Assembly (NCBI RefSeq): GCF_006345805.1
Contig: NC_043000.1
Span: 70,742,001-70,806,000, forward strand
DNA from: Octopus sinensis
Lineage: Eukaryota
Reading direction: 5' to 3'
Length of the DNA: 64,000 nt
Part shown: piece after piece, positions 53,838 to 64,000 of the stretch
How positions within the stretch are numbered: the stretch's first letter is position 1
Layout: every line of letters starts with the position of its first letter
Position numbers and translations under genes: made by a program
The notes under the pieces: generated by a model
The model's database searches: none
Seen by the model: the letters and a program-made list of their open reading frames with translations, nothing else
What the model was told of the DNA's origin: nothing

Positions 53838-54199
53838 CTAGCAGTATCACCCGGCGTTGCTTGGGTTTGTTTCGACCCGCTGGAATTGTAATTTTTGAAA
53901 AGTAAAAATTTTGTGAACATTTTTCTGGTTGAAATACACCGAAAAGTGGCGACACAGCAGTGAAAACATGTTAAAAATAGAGATTTTCATAGAAAAAAGC
54001 AGCTTTTTGATGTAAATAATTTTTGGTGTTAACATGGTCCGATTTGAATTTTATGTTCTACGGAAGGAAGAGCAACCCTTCTTCTATCATACTCTCAATT
54101 TTGGTCAACTTGCGCCGCAGGGTCTCGGAGGAGATAGTGTTAGTTGAAGGCTACCAAACCTGCCGCACACAGACAACTTCAGCTTTATACAGAGAGAGA
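53838..54199 (-). mobile_element. Non-autonomous Helitron, second family (362 bp)
   Basis: On the minus strand: A|TCTCTCTCTGTATAAAG...cccaagcaacgccgggtgatactgCTAG|T. Confidence 0.8.
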
Positions 54200-55174
54200 T
54201 AACACACACACACACACATGTATGTATGTATGTATGTATGGATGGATGTATGTATGTACATCTGTCCACTTCTTGCCATATTTTTGGCGCCTTTTTTTAC
54301 TAATAACAAACACACACGTGTGTGTTTGAGTGTTTGTATGTAGTTGTTTGAAACGTTTGTGTTTGTCACTGTCATATATGTATGTTTGCGTGTGTATGTG
54401 TGTGTGTGAGGAATGGCAAACCAGATAGATAGAGCGCGAAGTTCTTTTGAAGTTCGCGCTCCGTTTGTGTGTGTGCGTGCCTTAGGTGTACGTAGGTATG
54501 TGTTTTTGTGTGTGTGTCACTGAAGCCATACATACATATATACATACATAACCTCTCTGTCTTCTTTTCTCTCTCAGTCACTCACTACAAAAAGTGAATA
54601 CAAAAAGTTCAGTTATCTCTGTCTTTCACACATACACACAACGTTACTCTCTCTGTCTCTTTACACACACTAACAAAAGCACTTCACTTACACACCACAC
54701 TTTCTGTGTCGCACACCCCATCAAACACACACACACTCACGCACGCACGCACACATGTACATCAATGCTTCCGATGCACACCAACTTCAAAAAACTTCCC
54801 AAAAAAAAATGGAGGAAAGCATTTGAAATGAGAGAGGCAATCGTATATGTATATGTTTGCGTGTCTATGCATGTGTACAGTTGCAAAGAGAAAGTTGCAG
54901 AAAGTGTGATAATAGTTTGAGTGAAGCAGTTGAAATTCTAATTGAAATTCTAAGGCAAATCGTAAAATATTTACTTTTCTCGAATTTTTGCTTAATTGGG
55001 GGTCAAATTGAAAAAACTTTATATGCCATGACCCAATCGAATCTACTTCGAAAAATCATAGCTAAATTCCAATTGAAGAAATTCTATATTGTAGAATTGT
55101 ATTAAAAACGAACATGGGAACAGGCAGAGAAAATCTGCCTTTTATCATAAGAGATATATATATACACATATATA

Positions 55175-56460
55175 TGAAGAAAATGACTTGCTGATTGACA
55201 CCCAGCATAGATTTCGACCAGGTAGAAGCTGCTTAACACAGCTCCGGCAACACTGACCGGGTGATAGAACAGCTACTAAATGGCTCAAATGCGGATGTGA
55301 TATATCTCGACTTTGCAAAAGCCTTTGATAAAGTTGACCACGGTATGATTTGTCACAAACTGCGTAGTCTCGGCATAGGCGGAAAACTTGGAGAGTGGCT
55401 GCACAACTTCCTAAAAGATAGAAGACAGGCAGTTGTGACCAATGGAGGCACCTCCAAGTAAACACAAATAACAAGCGGTGTTCCACAGGGCACTGTCTTG
55501 GGGCCACTGATGTTCATAGTGGCCCTTTCAGACATGCTCTCAGTAGCTAAGATGGCCACCCTTGCTAGCTATGCAGATGATACAAAATCTCCCACACAAT
55601 ACAAAACCCTGGAAATATTGCACATCTGCAACAGGGGTTGGATACAATATACAGGTGGGCTGAGGACAACAACATACAGATTAATGCAGGTAAGTTCCAG
55701 GCCCTGCGCTACCGGCACACAAAGGTAAACAACATGCAAACTGGATACACTGGCTCGGGAGGAATTGCAATCTCTGAGTCAAAATCAGTGAGTGACCTGG
55801 GCATTGACATGAGCAATGATGCATCCTTCCAAGTGCATATTACTAATCCGGTGATAAAATGCAGACGGCAAGCTGGATGGATTCTCCGAACTTTCAGAAC
55901 AAGAGAGAAGGAAACACTGATGGTCATCTGGAAAACTTTCGTCCTCAGCCGCTTGGACTACTGCTCCCAACTATGGTCACCACACAATATAAAACTAACA
56001 GCAGACCTCAAAGCAACTCAAAGAAGCTACACAAAGAAGATCGTCTCAATGTAACATATCAGCTACTGGGAAAGACTGAAAGTATTAAACCTCTTCTCCC
56101 TAGAGCGAAGGCGGGAGAGATATGGGGTGATATACATCTGGAAAATCCTGAAGGTTCTTGTCCCAAACTTTTGCATTCAAAGTTACCCCAACCGCAAAGA
56201 TTCCAACATCACCATCAAAATACAGGACCAGATACTGCAACAGCTTGGGTTTCAGAGGACCACAGCTCTTTAACATCCTCCCTAAATGCCTGAGAGACTT
56301 CCATGGTGTGGATGTAGGTTTCTTCAAAACTAAACTGGATCTCTTCTTGTCGGGGGTCCCAGATGAACCTACCTTATGACAGGAGACACAGATGCGGGCA
56401 GCGGCATCGAACTCCCTTGCTGACCAAGTGCCACGTATCAGAGGTGGATTCACATATTAC
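55175..56460 (+). mobile_element. CR1-like LINE fragment (RT domain), same family as 22455-24076
   Basis: YLDFAKAFDKVDH, SGVPQGTVLGPL, YADDTK and LDYCSQLWSP motifs. Confidence 0.88.
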
Positions 56461-56647
56461 TGTAGCTCATTCAGCTTCACGAGTCCTAGGACTTGTGGCA
56501 TACCTAGATAACTGATGTTTCCTGTTAACATAATCTTCTGAATTTGAAAGGTGTATCTTTTATTCCTGTGGTAATTCCAGGGACTGTTCTTGTGTTCATA
56601 TTCGAAATCTTTAATAGTTAATGTTTAGATCATCTGTTTTTGTTTAA

Positions 56648-57698
56648 CCCTTTCGTTACTATATTTCTGACCAAAATACACCCCTTATGTGTTTCAATTA
56701 ATTTCTAACATAATCATAAACTTAGTCTGGTTTCATTAAACAACTATAACTTTTTTATTTATCAATATATTAACGTGATTTTTGGAAGATAATTTAATGA
56801 AATGTTCTCAACCAATTCTATACTATAATTTTTGTCACAAAATTCAACAAAATATAAAATTATTACAATTTTGTTCAAACATTGCTATAGAAAATGGGTT
56901 ATTAGCTAATATTCAATTGGGTATACAACAAAATTTTACTATAGAATTTGTTATTCTGGGTAACTTTCTGATACCCATAATAATATTTATGGCAAAATAG
57001 TCTTAATTTCATTTAAGGTTGTGGGAAACCACTAACTATCCTTTCTTTCGCTTTGTTTACATTTAGCGGAACGGTTCGTTTCCGCCGTAATGATTTCAAA
57101 TAGGTTTATTCGAAAAAGTAAAAAGAAATAGCCTAAGGTTTTAATCTCCTGGGAAAGTCTGTGGCTTGGTCCAGTTTCTTCAGAAAAATCACCGAAAGAA
57201 ACAGTTTTTAAATTTTCACTCCATTCAGGTGCCAATTCATTTTCTTTATCGCTGTCGGAGCTCTCAGATTCACTGTTTTCACTTCCGGAAAATGAAACAT
57301 CAGATTCATTATCAAATACCACGTGCTTTTTTTTTTTTTCAGTTATAGAGTTAGATTTATCAAGGTCTTCAGTAGAAAATTCTTCAAATTCTGACTCGCT
57401 GCTTGATATAATGAAATTCGTATCCATTTTTTGTCAGAATTACAAATTTTGAAAACACAATAGGAACAAATTTCGGAAAAAAATCTCCCAAAATTCACGG
57501 AATTAAAATTACACTTCGATCGTTGTACAAAACTGTAGATGAACTGTTTACGAAGTATAATCACTTGTTTTCACGAATGTACTAAAGAGATTTGCTCTGA
57601 TATTCTCATTTAAATATGAATAGGTAAATACGGGCAGGTTTGGTCACATTAACCAAAATTTTTTTCGGGCGGCTTTGGGCGGTTTGGTAACGAAAGGG
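56648..57698 (-). mobile_element. Internally deleted piggyBac transposon
   Basis: TTAA|CCCTTTCGTTAC...GTAACGAAAGGG|TTAA. The ORF 57032-57427 has an acidic N-terminus and a W...F...GP...YF.LF...FEII.AETN pattern typical of the piggyBac transposase N-terminus; no DDD core. Confidence 0.85.
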
Positions 57699-58899
57699 TT
57701 AAAAAAAGAAAAAATTGATCTCAGTCTCTTTTACTGAAGTGTTTGTCATCATTTCCTTTCATTATGATATTATAATGTCTTCTTATTTGTGTGTATTTGC
57801 ATATCCTTAGAATCTTTCTTTCTGCAACTGTTATAAGTTTTTACTGTTTTTTGGCAGTTGGGGGTCTTCATTTTGTTACATTTTCTACTGAAAGCAGGTA
57901 GTCTTCTTATCATGTCTCCTGGTGTTTTCTGAGGTGGTCAGTATAGTGTATCCACTAAGAATGTGACTGATATCTTATTAAACTAACTATGTATGCTGTG
58001 TTAAAGTTTGATATAATATTTTAGTATATTTTGTTGTGTCTGGGGAGAGTCATTCTAACTCACTCACCAGTTCAATTTCCATCTATTTATTTATTATTTT
58101 TTTCTAAAAGTTTCATTGTTTCTTGAAACCTCTTCAGTAGTTGATTTTGACTTACTGAGAGTCAACAACTATTGAAGAGGTTGCAGGAAGCAATGAAAAT
58201 TTTAGGGAAAAAAAAGTAAATGAGTGAAAATTGAACCGGTGAGTGTTATTAAGGTGTTGAAGTGGAGTGACTCTCCCCAGATACAACAAAATGTGCTTCA
58301 ACACACGAATTCACATAAAGAATCTTGCAAACCAAATACAAAAACGAAATTTTAGTATATATTTTTGATATATTCTGGCTGTTACTGGGCAGAAAAGATC
58401 AAGTTTTCTGTTTCCTTTTCTGTTGAGAGCCTTGGAAATGGGTGTACCTCAGTTATATAGATTTTCCTTTGACAGGTTTTAATTTCCATGTATTCATTCA
58501 TTGTTTTGTTTGTCTTTTTCCTTTTCTTCTTTCGTTATGGTTGTACTTTCAGTTTTGACATGTAATTATAGTGAATTTTTTATTTGTAATGTTGAGTGAC
58601 CAAGCACTCTTCTCCCATGAGAAGATATATAGATCCCCTATAGAACAGACATAGGTTACTTTACTTATATAATAAGTTTCATGATAAATAATAATTATTT
58701 AATAACATTAAATAGCTCCATATTATAGGTTATTCTAGTATATAAATTTAAGTGTTTAGAGTACTTTTATAATTACTTTAGTTATGTAGTTTAGGTTTTA
58801 ATTATAGTTAGGTTATAAATGGTTTTTCATTGTATTAATTAATTTCTTATTAATGTATATTAATATAACTGTTTATTGAATATTGAGTCTGGTAAGTTA

Positions 58900-61300
58900 C
58901 AATTTTATTTATATTAGATTTATTTTATTTTATTTTATTTTTTTATTTATTTTATTATATATATATATTTTATATGTATATATGTGTATATTTATTTACA
59001 TGGATGATATGGGCGTGTATATAGTGGTGTATATATCGCGTATTGTATGTATGTATTAGTATGTATAAGTATGTATAATGTATGTATAAGTGTGTGTTGT
59101 AGGTGTGTGTACATATGTGTGTGTATATAAGTATGTGAGTATATATGTGTATTTGGGTATGTATATGTATTTGTATGTAGTTGTGTGTGTGTGTATATAC
59201 GTATTTGTGTATGTGTATATATGTATATGTGCATGCGTGAATTTGGTATTTTATTATATTGTGTATAAGTGTGTGTGGTTGTACTATAATTTTTGTGTAA
59301 TGGGTTTGTTATGAATATTAGTTTTAGTTTGGATGTGAGGGTGTGGGAAATAGTTTATAGTATGGGGTATTGCTATATAGATTTGTTTTGTGTATGTACG
59401 TATTTAGATTTGTTTATTTACATTAATTTATTAATTTATTATACTATAATATTAATTTATGGCTTATATGGGTATAATTTGTTACGGGTTGATTTGGATG
59501 AATGGGAGCCACTAGGTGTTTAGGGGTGCATTTGGATGGTTGTTCCCTACATATTGTGAATGTTTCCAATCCCCTTGTATTATATTTGGTGATCATGGCA
59601 GTTTTATTTTTTTATTTGGGTATTGTTTGTAGCCATATATACGTATATATAGATGTTTGGGAGGGTGTCCGTGAATATGCATGTGCATGGGCGTGCGTGC
59701 ATGTGTGCACGTGTACAAGTGCATGTGTAGATGCGGGAGTGCATGGGTGCACATGTAAATGCGTGTGCTTGTGTATGCACTTGTATACATGCATGCTTGA
59801 ATGTGCGTGAGATTGCACCCGTTTGCGTGTACACACTCATATATACATATAATAAATATTTATTTATTTATTTTTTTGTGAATGTGTGCATTTTTATATA
59901 TATGTGTATTTGATGATATGTGTGTGTGTATATATATGTATATGTATTTATTTATTTATCTGTATGGGTGTGGGTGTGAATATATTGGTGTATATATCAA
60001 GTATTGTACGTATGTATATGTATGTGTGAGTGTGTATATGTTTGTGGGTGTGTGTAAATATGTGTGTGTATTTGTGTGTGAATGTATAGATGGGGGGGAT
60101 TGCTATATAGGTTTGTTATTGTGTATTTGGTAAAGGGAGGTTTTATCATTATATTTGTATGTATGGGTTTTGTTTATCATGATTGTTTTATTAAAGAATT
60201 TTTTAGTAAATTCAGTCTATTTACGTTGATTAACATATTATTCCATTCTATTCCATTCATAATCTTTAAAAATAACGTTCGTTCATCACGCGAAAAGAAT
60301 TTATTAAAAATATATTCTATTTCTGTTGATAACGTAATTTTGTAAACGCTGTAACAGTTAGTCTTTTAAATTTACTTCATAATTTAAAATTGAATAGAAG
60401 GTACGTATTTTTTAAGATCTCCTAATTGTAATTTTAATATGTATAAGCTTTTGAATAATATATTCTCCTTATGTTAATCTTGTTGTTTATGCAGTGATCT
60501 ATTTATCGTATTTTTCTTTGTTATTAGTTATTAAATAATTTAGACATACTTTGATAAATAGATAGGTTCGTTTTAAATGGTTTAGGTTATGTTTAATAAT
60601 AGAATAATTTTATATAAGTTATTATTCCTATTCATAAATTTGTTTTAGAGTGGTGTTGGTGTTTTTAATAGTATATTGCTGAGTAGGGAATGTTCCTGTA
60701 TGTGTGTGGCTGAGTGTATGTATCTGCTGAATTTGTTACTCCTCTGTGTTGGAGTGTTGCGGTGGGAGTGCGGTTGTGTGTGAGTGATTGTGTGTGTGTG
60801 TGTGTGTGTGCATTGTTTATGTGTAGAAATGTTGTTTTCTTTTGGGTGTTTATGTATGTGTGAATGTGTGAGTGTGTGTGTGTTTGTTTGCGTATTTGTG
60901 TATGTTTGCTGTATGTATGTGGTATTTGGAATATGTGTGTGTGTTTGTTTTAAGTATTTATGTATGGTTGTTGTATATATGTGGTATATGGAATTTGGTA
61001 GTTTCTTGCTAAGAATGAAATGTTTCTGTGGGTTGTGGTTGAGTATCTGCAGCTGCTGGATGTGGTGTTTCCTATGTGTTGTTGTCATGCTGAGTGAGTG
61101 TTTTTATGAATGAGGGTTGTATGTGTGTGAGTGGGAGTATGAATAAGTAATGTGTAGTAGTATACGGCTACTTTATTAATTTATCGTTGCCTAGATGTTT
61201 ATGTGTATGTATAGAGATATATATATGTGTGTGTGAGTTAGTGTATGTATTTAGATATGTTTTTATATATATACTTAGATATATGTGTATGAGCATGTGT
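58900..61300. repeat. Degenerate TG/TA-rich low-complexity tract
   Basis: Plus strand dominated by T and G with few C; imperfect (TG)n/(TATG)n repeats. Confidence 0.8.
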
Positions 61301-61531
61301 GTATATATATTTTATTTTTGCTTTTTGTTTTGAAATTAGATTCTTCATCTTTAAATATGAGAACTTAAATACTAGGTTTCATTATATTCAATAGTTTATA
61401 GAGGTTATTTTAGTTCTTGATTATATATAGATTATATATATATTTTTTCATCGATAAATTTATATTATTTATATTTTTTAGTCATTTTAAATTTATATCT
61501 TAAAAATACTGATTATTTTTAGATCTGAAAT

Positions 61532-61577
61532 CCACCTGATGAATGTCCTTAGAAGAGACACAAAACAATTGTAGTGG
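61532..61577 (+). ncRNA. Decayed minimal type I hammerhead ribozyme motif (probably inactive)
   Basis: CCAC-CTGATGA-ATGTC-loop-GACAC-AAAA-C-AATT-GTA-GTGG; two G-to-A changes from a canonical fold. Confidence 0.5.
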
Positions 61578-61760
61578 CTAATTTAATTTTATTTAATTTA
61601 TATAAAATTTTTTATGTATTGGATTAAGTCTTTCTTTGTTTGATTTGCATAATAGTGGTTTTGTCTCTAATTAATATTTATAATATTTTACTATAAAATT
61701 GGATTCAATCCTAAATCTGATTTTTTCCCTGTAAATTTGGATTTATTCCCCAATATTTAT

Positions 61761-61835
<75 letters not shown>

Positions 61836-62229
61836 CACATGCACACACATACATATACGTACACAAACATATACATACATATAAACATATGTACACACAC
61901 ATATACATAAACATATATGTACATACACATATACACATAAACGTGTATGTGTACATACATGGCAGCTACCCCCTCGTTATCGAGTATGGCCATTGCACAA
62001 AGCTGAATCAATGTTGTTATTGTGCAATGCCTGTGCAAGAAGATTTTTTTTAAAGTGAGGAAAGGCTGTGCACTGATTACCCCTGGCAACAATTCTGTTT
62101 CACTTGCAATACATATGAAACAATTAAGTAAATTACAACCAAGACATGATCCTTCACAACTAAAGCCTATAACTGCCAAGCAGTTTATTAATAATTGCAC
62201 AAACAAATAACATTACCTATATATTTCAA

Positions 62230-63900
62230 ATTTAACCACAACCACTAACTCAAAAGCCTTCATTTATCACCTGACTACTATCAGGAGAGAGCTTGGACAG
62301 TCTCTCTTGTCTGCCTAATGGCAGCAGAGCTTACTGGTAACTTGCCAAGACTTTGAGGAATCTGTACCAACTACTACTCTTTATTAGAAGCACTACTATT
62401 GAAAAGGTCTCCACATCTGCTACCTACATTGTTGATTCATACTGCCCAGGTTCAACAAAACTTTTTAAATATTGCTTCACAGATTAACTACCTGCCAAAA
62501 TTCTGTCCCTACACAAATAGATCAGCCCTGATGGTATCTGTTCCATCATCCTCAAACAATGAGCTTTAGAAGTAGCTCCTATTCTTGCCAATTTCTTCAA
62601 TCTTAGTTTTATTTATCCTTTATCTTTTATGCACACAAATATATTTATATACACGAAGTGCTTTCAGTTTTCATCTACCAAATCTACTTACAAGGCTTTG
62701 GTTAGCCCAAGGCTATATTAGAAAATACTTGCCCAAGGTGCCATGCAGAGGGACTGAACCCAGAACCATGTGGTTGGGAAGCAAACTTCTTACCACACAA
62801 CCATGCCTTTCTATAAAAGTTTATTCCAATCTTGTGTGCAGTGTGTTCCATTTCCAAAAAAGAGTAACTTCTGTCACCATATCTCTTCCAAATTCAATAT
62901 CTCAGAGGAAATGGTAATACTTAACTGTAATGTCTTTCATTAGTTGAAGTCTCTCTCTTTCTCTGAGTAATCATCAATACAAATTCAATAAAACCAAATC
63001 TATTGCAAACATGTGCCTGCTTGCTTTTGAAAACTTTAGCAAAAGAAGCATTGCACTAGACATCAACAAAGTATTTAACTATATCTAACATGAGTACTTT
63101 CTAGCTAAGCTACCATTTGTCTCATTTCTTGATCATAAGCTTTCAGTCAGACAGCAGCTTTGCTGAATTGTCTGATAGGGTTCTATGTGATTCACACTAG
63201 CCAGTGATGTTCTCCAACATTCAGTAATGTCTTCTACACTTATCCGTCTCTACATTAGTGTCTTGCTTCACAACTGGCTTTTATGCAATTCCTTTTAAAC
63301 TTCTACATGCAGGAGTTATCTACACCTCATGCTAGACTTGTATCTTCACTTGTCATAAAGGACATACAGCTAAAACTTTTTTTAAAATGCCGAATTTTAC
63401 AATCTGATTTATATTAAAATTGCATTTCAAAAACTAGGAGTCTTCTTTAAGACCCGAAAAATGTCATATCTGATCAGTTGCTTCTACAAGACAAGCACAC
63501 ATTGGGGTGCTATGCACATATCTAAGGAAGTGTTGTTGCAATATCCACACAGAAAGATAACCAGACCACCTCTAAAAGAAGTTCATGTATTTTAACTGCT
63601 AGCATCACACATGCTGTTCTTTTCTGTTTCCCCCTCTAACTAGCCTCACAGAATCTCCATTCAAGCCTACCAATTTTGTCGCCTTTCAACAACTCTGTAT
63701 TTCAGTCCCAGACAACACACAAAACATTATGCTCCTTCCTTCCTTCAGAAGGAAATGTCTGGAAATCCCTCCTAATTGTTCTCCTGGGGGTATCAGCCAG
63801 TAGATATTCAAAATGAATATCAACTACATCAACTTTAACTGTCTGGAAAGAGGTCTTCTTTTGACTAACTTATAAAACGAAGTAACATAGTTTGAAGACA
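62230..63900 (+). mobile_element. Highly decayed CR1/Jockey-like LINE interrupted by a SINE (about 62600-62810)
   Basis: PDGICSIILKQ*ALEVAPILANFFNLSF and IALDINKVF remnants. Confidence 0.55.
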
Positions 63901-64000
63901 AAAATGACATGCCACTAACATTAAAGTTTCTATTATGGACAAAGAACTGCTGTAGAAGCAACAGAATATAAAAGAGACAACATTAATTTAAAACTTAGTA

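Noticed and set aside
62955-62985. FIEFV-like string resembling the upstream PFKFB exon (FIESICDD)
   Set aside because: The match needs a frameshift, lacks splice sites, and lies within a decayed LINE.

Overview
AT-rich, repeat-dense eukaryotic genomic DNA. The SINE, LINE and microsatellite content suggests a coleoid cephalopod, probably Octopus; this is inferred, not database-checked. Two host genes are supported. (1) Seven phase-compatible minus-strand exons (52235 down to 31526; 712 nt) encode the end of the kinase domain and most of the bisphosphatase domain of a PFKFB 6-phosphofructo-2-kinase/fructose-2,6-bisphosphatase. (2) One plus-strand first coding exon (14838-14941) encodes the start of the PHD finger of a KDM7-family demethylase (PHF8/PHF2/KDM7A). 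The genes point toward each other. I found no downstream exons for either, and a 3.7-kb degenerate (TA)n array plus a 100-N gap lie between them. The rest is mostly decayed mobile DNA: four mariners, an IR-DR Tc1, piggyBac derivatives, three Helitrons (one carrying STPR-like 23-aa repeats), CR1-, RTE- and Penelope-like LINE fragments, and many SINEs. The most unusual observations are a nested 2.4-kb insertion in a PFKFB intron (an ORF1-only L1/Tx1-like element inside a tandem/inverted unit with a hammerhead-like remnant), a pre-miRNA-like hairpin in the KDM7 intron, a decayed minimal hammerhead ribozyme, and a perfect 34-bp long-range inverted repeat. Most ORFs in the supplied track are microsatellite or repeat artefacts. 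SINE and LINE boundaries are approximate.
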